A DNA stretch of 64,000 bases. Source: an uncultured Acidobacteriota bacterium (lineage in GTDB: Bacteria > Acidobacteriota > Vicinamibacteria > Fen-336). Position numbers and translations under genes: made by a program. Shown piece by piece: positions 17,480 to 26,785 of this stretch. Position 1 is the stretch's first letter; each line of letters opens with the position of its first letter. The notes under the pieces were generated by a model. The model was not told the origin of the DNA. It ran no database searches and saw only the letters and a program-made list of their open reading frames with translations. The stretch spans positions 4,000,001-4,064,000 of the forward strand of contig OY970399.1 in NCBI GenBank assembly GCA_963720545.1, given 5' to 3'.

Positions 17480-20319
17480 CGCAGTACGTCTATTTCTTCG
17501 GGGCCGGCAAGGCCGATGGCAACAAGGACATGAAGGACCTGCTCGGCGGCAAGGGCGCGGGGCTCGCGGAGATGACGAACGCCGGCCTGCCGGTGCCTCC
17601 CGGGTTTACCGTCGCGACGACCGCCTGCAATCTCTATCAGGAGAAGAAGGGCAACCTGCCGCCCGAGATCGACACGCAGATTGCCTCGGCCCTCGCCAAT
17701 CTCGAGAGGATCATGGGCAAGAAGCTCGGCGACGCCGCCGACCCGCTGCTGGTCTCGGTGCGCAGCGGCGCCAAGTTCTCGATGCCCGGCATGATGGACA
17801 CCATCCTCAACCTCGGTCTCAACGACGCTTCGGTGGAAGGCCTGAAGCGCAAGACCGGCAACGGCCGCTTCGCCAAGGACTCGTACCGGCGCTTCATCCA
17901 GATGTACGGCAACGTGGTGCTGAACATCGACAAGGACGTCTTCGAGCACGAACTGCACGAGGTGAAGAAGAAGAACGGCGTGAAGGCCGATCTCGACCTC
18001 GACGAGAAGGCCTTCGACACGGTGATCGCGCGCTTCAAGCAGGTGGTACAGCGCCAGACCGGCCGGGCGTTTCCGCAGGATCCGAAGCAACAGCTCACCG
18101 GCGCGCGCAACGCCGTGTTCGAGTCGTGGATGAATCCGCGCGCCATCACCTATCGCAAGCTCAATGACATCCCGCACAACCTCGGCACCGCGGTCAACGT
18201 CCAGAGCATGGTGTTCGGCAACATGGGCGACACCTCGGCGACGGGCGTCGGCTTCACCCGCAACCCCTCGACCGGCGCGCGCGAGTTCTACGGCGAGTTC
18301 CTGCAGAACGCGCAGGGCGAGGATGTGGTTGCCGGCATCCGCACGCCGCATCCCATCACCGACCTCGAGAAGGTGATGCCCGCCGCCTACAAGCAGCTGC
18401 GCGAGATCACCGCGCGGCTCGAGGCGCACTACAAGGACGTGCAGGACTTCGAGTTCACGATCGAGGACAACAAGCTCTACATGCTGCAGACGCGCAACGG
18501 CAAGCGCACCGGGATCGCGGCTGTGCACATCGCCGTGGACCTGGTGGACGAGGGCATCCTCACGCCCGCCGAGGCGCTCATGAAGGTGGAGCCGGCCGCC
18601 CTCGACCAGCTGCTGCACCCGGTGTTCGACCCGAAGGAGCGCGCCCGCGTGCCGGTGGTCGCGAGAGGCCTGCCCGCATCGCCCGGCGCCGCCACCGGCG
18701 CAACGGTGTTCACTGCCGACGACGCGGTCGCGTGGGCGGCCAAGGGCAAGCGTGTGGTGCTGGTGCGCATGGAGACGGTGCCCGACGACATCCACGGCAT
18801 GAGCACGGCGCAGGGCATCCTCACCGCCACCGGCGGCATGACTTCGCACGCCGCGGTCGTCGGCCGGCAGATGGGCAAGCCGTGTGTCGTCGGCTGCGGC
18901 GCGCTGCACATCGATGCCAAGCGCAAGACCCTGACGATCGGCAAGCGCGTGGTGCACGAGGGCGACCCGATCGCGATCGACGGCGCCACCGGCGACGTGA
19001 TGCTACAAGAGCTGCGCACCAGCCCCTCCGAAGTGATCCGCGTGGTCGAGGGCAAGCTGAAGCCGGCGGCGTCGACGCTCTACGGCAAGTTCGAGAGGCT
19101 GCTCGGCTGGGCCGACTCGGTGCGCCGGCTCGGCATTCGCGCCAACGCCGACGTGCCCAAGGACGCGAAGACCGCCTTCGCGTTCGGCGCGCGCGGCATC
19201 GGCTTGTGCCGCACCGAGCACATGTTCTTCGCCGAGGGACGGCTGCCGTACGTGGTCGAGATGATCCTTTCGGCGGCGCGCGGCCAGGCGGGCCTCGACG
19301 CGCTCGCTGCCGCGCAGGCGAAGCTCAAGGACAAGGACCAGCAGGGCGCGCACGCCGCGGCCACCCGCAAGGAGATCGCGCAGATCAAGAAGGAGCACGG
19401 CGCCGCCATCGCCGCCTACACTCGCGCCCTCGCCAAACTCCTGCCGATGCAGCGCAAGGACTTTGCAGGGCTGTTCCGCGAGATGCACGGCACCCCGGTC
19501 ACCATCCGCACTCTCGACCCGCCGCTGCACGAGTTCCTGCCGAAGCGCGAGGAGCTGATGGTGGAGCTCGCGACGCTGCGGGCCAAGGGCGAGAAGAAGA
19601 ACGCCCGCAGGATTGCAGCGAAGGAAAAGATGCTGCGCGCGGTCGAGGAACTCCACGAGTTCAACCCGATGCTCGGGCATCGCGGCTGCCGGCTCGGCGT
19701 GACCTACCCCGAGATCACCAAGATGCAGGCGCGCGCCATCTTCGAGGCGGCGGCCCAGGTGGCGAAAGAGGGCACGGCCGTCAAGCCCGAGATCATGATC
19801 CCGCTGGTCGGCCACGTCGAAGAGTTGAAGCGGCAGAAGGCACTGGTGCTGGAGCAGGCGCAGGCGGTGCTCGGCGGCGGCAAGTCGAAGGTCGAGTTCC
19901 TGGTGGGCACCATGATCGAGGTGCCGCGCGGCGCGCTCACCGCCGACGAGATCGCGAAGGAGGCCCAGTTCTTCTCCTTCGGCACCAACGACCTCACGCA
20001 GATGGGCTTCGGCCTGTCGCGCGACGACGCCGGCAAGTTCCTGAAGCACTACATCGACAACGGCATCCTCGAGCGCGACCCGTTCGTCACCATCGACAGC
20101 TCCGGCGTCGGCCAGCTCGTGACGATCGGCGTGCAAAAGGGCCGCGCCGCGGTGCCGGGGCTGAAGATCGGCGTGTGCGGCGAGCACGGCGGCGACCCCT
20201 CGTCCATTCGCTTCTTTCATGAAGCCGGGCTCGACTACGTGTCGTGCTCGCCGTACCGGGTGCCGATCGCCCGGCTGGCGGCGGCCCAGGCGCAGCTCGA
20301 GAAGCCCGTCTCGGACTAG
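17476..20319 (+). CDS. ppdK: Pyruvate, phosphate dikinase
   Basis: LLGGKGAGLAEM, VSVRSGAKFSMPGMMDT, GGMTSHAAVV, GIGLCRTEHMF, FSFGTNDLTQ, GVCGEHGG. Confidence 0.98.
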   Translation: MTQYVYFFGAGKADGNKDMKDLLGGKGAGLAEMTNAGLPVPPGFTVATTACNLYQEKKGNLPPEIDTQIASALANLERIMGKKLGDAADPLLVSVRSGAKFSMPGMMDTILNLGLNDASVEGLKRKTGNGRFAKDSYRRFIQMYGNVVLNIDKDVFEHELHEVKKKNGVKADLDLDEKAFDTVIARFKQVVQRQTGRAFPQDPKQQLTGARNAVFESWMNPRAITYRKLNDIPHNLGTAVNVQSMVFGNMGDTSATGVGFTRNPSTGAREFYGEFLQNAQGEDVVAGIRTPHPITDLEKVMPAAYKQLREITARLEAHYKDVQDFEFTIEDNKLYMLQTRNGKRTGIAAVHIAVDLVDEGILTPAEALMKVEPAALDQLLHPVFDPKERARVPVVARGLPASPGAATGATVFTADDAVAWAAKGKRVVLVRMETVPDDIHGMSTAQGILTATGGMTSHAAVVGRQMGKPCVVGCGALHIDAKRKTLTIGKRVVHEGDPIAIDGATGDVMLQELRTSPSEVIRVVEGKLKPAASTLYGKFERLLGWADSVRRLGIRANADVPKDAKTAFAFGARGIGLCRTEHMFFAEGRLPYVVEMILSAARGQAGLDALAAAQAKLKDKDQQGAHAAATRKEIAQIKKEHGAAIAAYTRALAKLLPMQRKDFAGLFREMHGTPVTIRTLDPPLHEFLPKREELMVELATLRAKGEKKNARRIAAKEKMLRAVEELHEFNPMLGHRGCRLGVTYPEITKMQARAIFEAAAQVAKEGTAVKPEIMIPLVGHVEELKRQKALVLEQAQAVLGGGKSKVEFLVGTMIEVPRGALTADEIAKEAQFFSFGTNDLTQMGFGLSRDDAGKFLKHYIDNGILERDPFVTIDSSGVGQLVTIGVQKGRAAVPGLKIGVCGEHGGDPSSIRFFHEAGLDYVSCSPYRVPIARLAAAQAQLEKPVSD

Positions 20320-21290
20320 TGCCGCTCACGTACTTCCGCCGGCAGGGCGGCCGGACGGAGAAGTTCGACCACTTTCGCCCGGAGTACTTCACGCAGGCCG
20401 GGCCGGACGCGCTGCACTGGATCGACCTCGACGCGCCGACCGACGCCGAGGCGCAGCTGCTGCGCGACCCGTTCGCCTTCCATCCGCTCGCCATCGAGGA
20501 CTGCCTGCTCGAGGTCAACCAGCCGAAGATCGACGACTACGAAACGTACCTGTTCGCGATCGTCCACGGCGTGCGCTTCGACGCGCCGCTCGACACGTTC
20601 GAGACCCGCGAGCTCGACATCTTCCTGGGTCCCAACTACCTGATCACCCATCACGAAGGGCCGATGCGCTCGATCGCGTCGGCGCAGGCGATGTGCGAGA
20701 AGGAGTCGACCCCGCTCCTGCCCAAGGGTGCGCCGTTCCTGCTGCACCAGATCCTCGACCAGCTGTTCGAGCACTACTTTCCGAACCTCGACGCGATCGA
20801 GGAGCAGATCCAGGGTCTGCAGGCACGGGTCTTCAAGAACCCGGTGCCCGCCATCCTCGACCGGGTGTTCACCCTGAAGAACGACGTCCAGCAGCTGCGC
20901 CGGCTGTGCATGCCGCAGCGCGAGATCGTCTTGCGGCTGGCACAGGGCGACTTCAAGGTGATCGACCGGAAGGCGGCGCTCTACTTCCGCGACACCTACG
21001 ACCACCTGACGCAGATCGTCGACTCGTCGTACGCCTTCAACGACATGATCCAGTCGTGCCTCGACGCCTACCTGAGCGTCACCAACAACCGGCTGAACGA
21101 GACCATGAAGCGGCTGACCGTGATCAACGCCATGATCGCGCCGCTCACGGTGCTGACCGGCGTCTACGGGATGAACTTCGACCACCTGCCGGAGCTGCAC
21201 TGGCGGTACGGCTACTACCTGGTGCTGTTCCTGATGGTGCTGATTCCGCTCGGCCTCTACTACTGGTTCAGGCGCAAGGGCTGGATTTGA
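20319..21290 (+). CDS. corA: CorA-family Mg2+/Co2+ transporter
   Basis: HPLAIEDC, PKIDDY, NETMKRLT, YGMNF signature, two C-terminal TMs. Confidence 0.93.
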   Translation: MPLTYFRRQGGRTEKFDHFRPEYFTQAGPDALHWIDLDAPTDAEAQLLRDPFAFHPLAIEDCLLEVNQPKIDDYETYLFAIVHGVRFDAPLDTFETRELDIFLGPNYLITHHEGPMRSIASAQAMCEKESTPLLPKGAPFLLHQILDQLFEHYFPNLDAIEEQIQGLQARVFKNPVPAILDRVFTLKNDVQQLRRLCMPQREIVLRLAQGDFKVIDRKAALYFRDTYDHLTQIVDSSYAFNDMIQSCLDAYLSVTNNRLNETMKRLTVINAMIAPLTVLTGVYGMNFDHLPELHWRYGYYLVLFLMVLIPLGLYYWFRRKGWI

Positions 21291-23065
21291 GCGCCCGCGG
21301 CGTCGCGCGGCTCAGCGACGACCTGGTCAACAAGATCGCCGCCGGCGAGGTGGTCGAGCGCCCGGCGTCGGTGGTGAAGGAGCTGGTGGAGAACGCCCTC
21401 GACGCCGGCGCCGTGCGCGTCAGCGTGACGATCGACGACGGTGGCAAGAAGCTCATCAAGGTCGCGGACGACGGGTCGGGAATGGGGCGCGCCGACGCCG
21501 AGCTCGCGATCGAGCGGCACGCCACCTCGAAGCTCGCGAAGCTCGTGGAGTTGCAGGCGATCGCTACCCACGGCTTCCGCGGCGAGGCGCTGCCCTCGAT
21601 CGCGAGCGTCTCGCAGCTGCTGTTGCGCACCGCCGAGGCGCAGAGCAAAGGCGGCACCGAGATCGACGTGCGCCATGGCCGGCGCGAGCATGTTCGCGAC
21701 GCCGGCCATCCGCGCGGCACCACGGTAGAGGTGCGCGACCTGTTCGGCGCGGTCCCGGCGCGCCGCAAGTTCCTGCGCTCTTCCGCCACCGAGGCGGGCC
21801 ATGTGGCCGAGGCGGTGACGCTGCTGGCGCTGAGCCGGCCCGATGTGGGGTTCTTCCTCGACAGCGCCGGCCGGGAGCTGATCCGTGCCCCTGCGGTCGC
21901 AACGCTGCGCGAACGCGCCTTCCAACTGTTCGGTGCCGATTGGCTTGCAGGCGTCGTGCCGGTCGACTCGGGTCACGACTGGGTTTCGGTGCGCGGCTTC
22001 GTCTCGCGTCCCGACGGGCCCGTGAGCACGCGCGCCCGGCTGCGCATCTTCGTGAACGGCCGGGCGATTCGCGACCGCGGCCTGGCGAAGGCCGTTTCAG
22101 AGGGCTTCCGCGCCGCGGGCGCCGCCGCGCGGCTCGCCGAGGCTGTGTTGTTCGTCGCGGCGCCGCTGCACCTCGTGGACGTGAACGTGCATCCTGCCAA
22201 GGCGGAGGTCCGCTTCTCCGACCCCGGGCTCGTGTGGAAGGCGGTGATGCACGCCGTGCGGGACGGCCTGTCCCAGGGCGTGCGCGGCAACGCCCCGACG
22301 GTGTCGCTCGATGCGGCCGCCGCGCCTGTGGCGCCCGCTGCGGACGGCGACGGCAACTGGCGCGTGCGCGAGGCGGTCGAGGGTTATCTCGCCGCGGCCG
22401 CGACGCCACGGCAGCAGGGGCTTGCCGGCTTCAGCGCGCACGATGCAGTCGCGGATGCTCCGCGGCCAACGACCATTGTGCTCGGCCAGCACCGCGGCAC
22501 CTACATCGTCGCGACCGACGGCGACGAGATCCTCTTTTACGACCAGCACACCTCGCACGAGCGCGTGCGCTTCGAGGCGATCCTCGAGAGCCTCGCCCGT
22601 GGACGGGTGCCGTCGCAGCGGCTGTTGACGCCGCTCGTTGCCCCGGTGGCGCCGGGCCTGCTGCCGCTGCTCGAAGACGGCGAGCACGCCGCCGCGCTCG
22701 CGCAGCTTGGCTACGAGGCGGAACCCTTCGGTGGCGGCTCAGTGCGCATCGGCGCGGTGCCCGAGCTCGTCGCCGGCCGGGATCCGCTGCGGCAGCTGCT
22801 CAACCTGCTCGCCGACTTCCAGGAGCGCGAGCGCTCGGAGTGGCAGGTGAGCGGCCCGCAGCAGAGGCTCGCGGCCACGCTCGCTTGCCATTCGGCCGCC
22901 CGCGCCGGCGAAACGCTGTCGGCTGCGGCCATGCAGGCGATCGTGGACTCGCTGGCGCGCACGGCGCACCCGACCCTGTGCCCGCACGGCCGGCCGACGG
23001 TGGTGCGCGTGCCGGCCCACGAATTGACGCGCTGGTTCGAACGCGTCGGCTGGACGCGCCGTTGA
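21287..23065 (+). CDS. mutL: DNA mismatch repair endonuclease MutL
   Basis: KIAAGEVVERPASVVKELVENALDAGA, GFRGEAL, DVNVHPAK, DQHTSHER, ACH, CPHGRP. Confidence 0.96.
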   Translation: MSARGVARLSDDLVNKIAAGEVVERPASVVKELVENALDAGAVRVSVTIDDGGKKLIKVADDGSGMGRADAELAIERHATSKLAKLVELQAIATHGFRGEALPSIASVSQLLLRTAEAQSKGGTEIDVRHGRREHVRDAGHPRGTTVEVRDLFGAVPARRKFLRSSATEAGHVAEAVTLLALSRPDVGFFLDSAGRELIRAPAVATLRERAFQLFGADWLAGVVPVDSGHDWVSVRGFVSRPDGPVSTRARLRIFVNGRAIRDRGLAKAVSEGFRAAGAAARLAEAVLFVAAPLHLVDVNVHPAKAEVRFSDPGLVWKAVMHAVRDGLSQGVRGNAPTVSLDAAAAPVAPAADGDGNWRVREAVEGYLAAAATPRQQGLAGFSAHDAVADAPRPTTIVLGQHRGTYIVATDGDEILFYDQHTSHERVRFEAILESLARGRVPSQRLLTPLVAPVAPGLLPLLEDGEHAAALAQLGYEAEPFGGGSVRIGAVPELVAGRDPLRQLLNLLADFQERERSEWQVSGPQQRLAATLACHSAARAGETLSAAAMQAIVDSLARTAHPTLCPHGRPTVVRVPAHELTRWFERVGWTRR

Positions 23066-23075
23066 CGCGGCGCCG

Positions 23076-23942
23076 CTACCGGCTGTTGGCGGCCGCGTAC
23101 TCGCGGTAGTCGGCGAGCACCCGCCACGAGATCGGCCCCGGCCGGCCGTCGCCGATGAGCGAGCCGTCAACGCTCACGACCGGCATCACTTCCTTGATGG
23201 AGCTCGTGAGGAAGGCCTCGTCGGCCGAGAGCAGGTCGTCGCTCGAGAGCGGGATCTCGCGCGCGTCGAAGCCGAGGCCTTCGGCCCGCGCCAGCACGAT
23301 CTCCCGCGTGATCCCCGGGAGGATGCCGGCGCTCAGGGGCGGAGTGAGCAGCCGGCCGTCGTTCACCACGAACAGGTTGGAGCTGGCGCCCTCGGCCAGC
23401 TGGCCGGCCGCGTTCAGGAGCAGCGCCTCGAGCGCGCCGCGCGCCTGTGCTTCGCGGATTGCGAGGATGTTGTTGATGAGGTTGCACGCCTTGATCGCCG
23501 GATCGAGCGCCGCGGGCGAGTTGCGGCGGACCGAGACGATGCTCACGGCGGCGCCGTCGTCGTAGCGCTCGGCCGGGATCTCTTCCAGGGTCTTCACGAT
23601 CATCACCACCGTCGGACCTGCGACCCGGTCGAACCGGTACGAGATGTCGCCGGTGCCCCGGCTCACGACGATGCGGATGTGCGCCTCGGCGTTGCCGGCC
23701 GCGCGCAGCACCTGGTCGAGGCGCGCGCTCAGCACCGCGTCGGACTCGGGAATGCCGAACGCGAGCCGCGCCGCGGAGCGGCGCAGCCGCGCCAGGTGCA
23801 GGTCGATGTGGAAGGGACGCCCGCCGTAGGTGCGCAAGGTCTCGTAGACGCCGTCGCCGTATACGAAGCCGTTGTCGAGGACGCTGACCCGGGCATCTGC
23901 GGTGGGTCCGATCCAGTCGTTTACCGCGGAATAGGATCCCAT
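23076..23942 (-). CDS. Class IV PLP aminotransferase (BCAT/D-amino acid/PabC family)
   Basis: GFVYGDGVYETLR, HLARL, EGASSNLF, ILPGITR, ADEAFLTSS. Confidence 0.9.
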   Translation of the reverse strand: MGSYSAVNDWIGPTADARVSVLDNGFVYGDGVYETLRTYGGRPFHIDLHLARLRRSAARLAFGIPESDAVLSARLDQVLRAAGNAEAHIRIVVSRGTGDISYRFDRVAGPTVVMIVKTLEEIPAERYDDGAAVSIVSVRRNSPAALDPAIKACNLINNILAIREAQARGALEALLLNAAGQLAEGASSNLFVVNDGRLLTPPLSAGILPGITREIVLARAEGLGFDAREIPLSSDDLLSADEAFLTSSIKEVMPVVSVDGSLIGDGRPGPISWRVLADYREYAAANSR

Positions 23943-23959
23943 CGGCGAGAATCTAGCCC

Positions 23960-24760
23960 ATGACCCTGTTCCAATCGATCGTCCTTGGCATCCTCCAGGG
24001 GCTGGGGGAGTTCCTGCCGATCAGCAGCTCGGGCCACCTCATCGTGGTGCCGTGGCTCTTGCGCTGGCCAGAGCACAGCCTCGCCTTCGACGTGGCGCTC
24101 CATGGCGGCACGCTGGCCGCGGTGCTGTACGCCTTCGGCGGCGACTGGCTGTGGATGATCGGCGACTTCTTCAAGGGGCTGAGGCGAGCGCAGCCGTTCG
24201 CCGAGCCCGGCGGACGCCTGCTCGGGCTGTTGGCGCTCGCGTCGGTGCCGGCCGCCATTGCCGGCGCGCTGCTCGACGATTGGGCAGAGACCGTGTTCCG
24301 CTCGCCGCTGCTGGTCGCCGGCACCATGGCGGTCCTGGGGGTCATCCTGTTCGTTGCCGACCGCAGCGCCGGCGGCGCGCGCGCCGACCGCGTTTCTCTC
24401 GGGCATGCCCTCCTCATCGGCTGCGCTCAGGCTTTCGCGCTGGTGCCTGGGGTGTCGCGCTCGGGTTCCACGATCAGCGCTGCACTGTTCCTCGGCTATC
24501 GCCGGGACGAGGCGGCGCGCTTCAGCTTCCTGCTCGCGACACCCATCACGCTCGGCGCCCTGCTCAAGAAGCTGCCCGAGGTGATGGGCGCGCCGGGGTG
24601 GGGCATGGCGCTCGCAGGCATGGCGGCCGCGGCGCTCGTGGGCTTTGCCGCGATCCGCTTCCTGCTGGCTTACGTGCGCACCCGCGACTACACGCCGTTC
24701 GTGGTCTACCGCCTGCTGTTCGCCGCGGCGGTGGCGGCCCTCTGGTTCGCACGGCGTTAG
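23960..24760 (+). CDS. uppP: Undecaprenyl-diphosphatase
   Basis: QGLGEFLPISSSGHL, PGVSRSGSTI, AARFSFLL. Confidence 0.95.
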   Translation: MTLFQSIVLGILQGLGEFLPISSSGHLIVVPWLLRWPEHSLAFDVALHGGTLAAVLYAFGGDWLWMIGDFFKGLRRAQPFAEPGGRLLGLLALASVPAAIAGALLDDWAETVFRSPLLVAGTMAVLGVILFVADRSAGGARADRVSLGHALLIGCAQAFALVPGVSRSGSTISAALFLGYRRDEAARFSFLLATPITLGALLKKLPEVMGAPGWGMALAGMAAAALVGFAAIRFLLAYVRTRDYTPFVVYRLLFAAAVAALWFARR

Positions 24761-24776
24761 GCGGTAGATTCCGGAC

Positions 24777-26324
24777 ATGCTCGAGGTCCTCTCCGCCGAC
24801 GAAATGCGCGACGCCGACCGCCGCGCCATCGAAGTTCTCGGGATATCGAGCCTGACGCTGATGGAGAACGCCGGCGCCGCGGCGGCCGCCGTGGTGCGGC
24901 GGCGCTTCGGCGCGCCGCGCATCACCATCCTCTGCGGCAAGGGCAACAACGGCGGCGACGGGCTGGTGGTCGCGCGCCACCTCGCGGACCTGTCGCCGCA
25001 GGTGTTTCTCAGCACCAGCCGCGATGCGCTGTCGAAGGACGCGGCGATCAACGCCGCGCGGCTCGATTCCTGCGGCATCGGCGTCGTCGAAGTGGCGGGC
25101 GCCGAAGAATGGCTGCAGCTGCGCGCGTCGGCGCTCGATTGCGACGTGGTGGTCGATGCGCTGCTCGGCACCGGTTTCCACGGCGCCGTGGACGGGCTGC
25201 TGGGCGCGATGATCGAGGACCTGGGCCGGCGGCGTCCAGAGCGGCCGGCGGTGGTGGCGATCGACATCCCGTCGGGCGTCGCCGACAGCGGCGAGATCGA
25301 CGGTCCGGCGGTGCGCGCCGACATCACCGTAGCCTTCGCGCGCCCCAAGCGCGCGCACGCGTTTCCGCCAGGGTCACGCCAGGTGGGAGAGCTGCTGGTT
25401 GCCGACATCGGCATCCCGGCGCTCGCGTTCCAGACGAGCGGCGAGGCGCTCTTCCTCAGCGAGCCCAAAGACGCGGCCGCCGCGTGGCCGCCGCGCGCCC
25501 GCGACGCCCACAAGGGCGACTTCGGCCACCTGCTGGTCATCGGCGGCTCGTTCGGCAAGACCGGCGCCGCGGTGCTGAGCGCGCTGGGCGCGCTGCGCGC
25601 CGGCGCAGGTCTCGTCACTGTCGCCAGCACGCGCGCGTGCCTCGGCACGATCGCCGTGGGCGCACCGGAGATCATGACCGCGGCACTCAGCGGGGACGAT
25701 GCGCTCGCCGGCGGGCAGGAGGCTGTCGATGCCGCGCTGCAGCTTGCCGACGAGCGCGATGCGCTCGTCATCGGCCCCGGCTGCGGCCGCGATCCCGGAA
25801 CCGCGCGCGTGCTGCAGGAGTTCCTGCGCGCCTCCATGAAGCCGGCGGTCGTGGACGCCGACGCGCTCCATGCGCTCGGCGCCCTCGCAACCGGTATCGG
25901 CGAGCCGCGGCCCTGGATACTGACGCCGCACCCGGGGGAGGCCGGCCGGCTGCTCGGGGCGACGGCCTCGATGGTGATGGCGCGGCGGCTGGTGGCGGTG
26001 CGCGAGATCGCCCGCCGCTCGGGCGCCGTCACCGTGCTGAAGGGCGAGTGCACGCTCGTGGCCGATCCGCAGGGCCGCGTCACGGTCAACCCCACCGGCG
26101 GACCAGCGATGGCGAAGGGCGGAAGTGGCGACGTTCTCGCCGGCGTCGCCGGTGCCTTGCTGGCACGCGGCGCCGACCCCTGGATCGCAGCCACTGCTGC
26201 CGTCTACGCACACGGTGCGGCGGCCGACCGCTGCGCGCGCAGCCGCGGCCAGGAAGGCGTGCTCGCTTCCGAGATCGCTGCTGAGATCGGGCCGGTTGTG
26301 CGCGACTTGTGCGAGCTGCGTTGA
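24777..26324 (+). CDS. nnr: Bifunctional NAD(P)H-hydrate epimerase/dehydratase (NnrE-NnrD)
   Basis: LMENAG, CGKGNNGGDG, DIPSG, HKGDFG, LTPHPGE, GGSGDVLAG. Confidence 0.93.
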   Translation: MLEVLSADEMRDADRRAIEVLGISSLTLMENAGAAAAAVVRRRFGAPRITILCGKGNNGGDGLVVARHLADLSPQVFLSTSRDALSKDAAINAARLDSCGIGVVEVAGAEEWLQLRASALDCDVVVDALLGTGFHGAVDGLLGAMIEDLGRRRPERPAVVAIDIPSGVADSGEIDGPAVRADITVAFARPKRAHAFPPGSRQVGELLVADIGIPALAFQTSGEALFLSEPKDAAAAWPPRARDAHKGDFGHLLVIGGSFGKTGAAVLSALGALRAGAGLVTVASTRACLGTIAVGAPEIMTAALSGDDALAGGQEAVDAALQLADERDALVIGPGCGRDPGTARVLQEFLRASMKPAVVDADALHALGALATGIGEPRPWILTPHPGEAGRLLGATASMVMARRLVAVREIARRSGAVTVLKGECTLVADPQGRVTVNPTGGPAMAKGGSGDVLAGVAGALLARGADPWIAATAAVYAHGAAADRCARSRGQEGVLASEIAAEIGPVVRDLCELR

Positions 26325-26785
26325 GCGTCGAGGCGCGCGCTCCCGTACGCGTCACAGAGCATCTCACGGCCAGCGAAGCCGAGACGGCGCGGCTCGCCGC
26401 CTCGCTCGCGTCTGCCTTTCGCGGCGGCGAGGTGCTGCTGCTGCATGGCGAGCTGGGCGCCGGCAAAACCGCGTTCGTGCGCGGCCTCGCGGTGGGACTG
26501 GGCGCCGACCCGGAAGACGTCGCAAGCCCGACGTTCGTGCTGCTCACGGCCTACAAGGGACGGCTGACGCTGCACCACGCAGACCTCTACCGCCTGCCGC
26601 AGCTCGGTGCCGGCGACGAGGCCGATCTCGGGCTCGAGGAACTGCCGGGCGGGAACGGGGTGCTCGCGGTCGAATGGGCCGAGCGGCTGCGCGCCCCGGC
26701 CTGGCCGGACCCCATCCGCGTGACCCTCGAACACTGCGGCGACAGCGCCCGCCGCATCGTCATCGAATGGCGCGGCGCCGCTTGA
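26321..26785 (+). CDS. tsaE: tRNA threonylcarbamoyladenosine biosynthesis ATPase
   Basis: GELGAGKT, SPTFVL, HADLYRL, VEWAE; follows nnr. Confidence 0.93.
   Translation: MSVEARAPVRVTEHLTASEAETARLAASLASAFRGGEVLLLHGELGAGKTAFVRGLAVGLGADPEDVASPTFVLLTAYKGRLTLHHADLYRLPQLGAGDEADLGLEELPGGNGVLAVEWAERLRAPAWPDPIRVTLEHCGDSARRIVIEWRGAA

Noticed and set aside
13677..20319. recO-glyQ-glyS-ppdK linkage as a novel association
   Set aside because: This gene order is common in many bacteria.
20219..21286. Apparent long N-terminal extensions or fusions of MutL, amidase, glgA and the ArsA-HSP20 ORFs
   Set aside because: These are ORF-finder extensions through neighbouring genes; conserved N-termini begin at the later starts given in the features.
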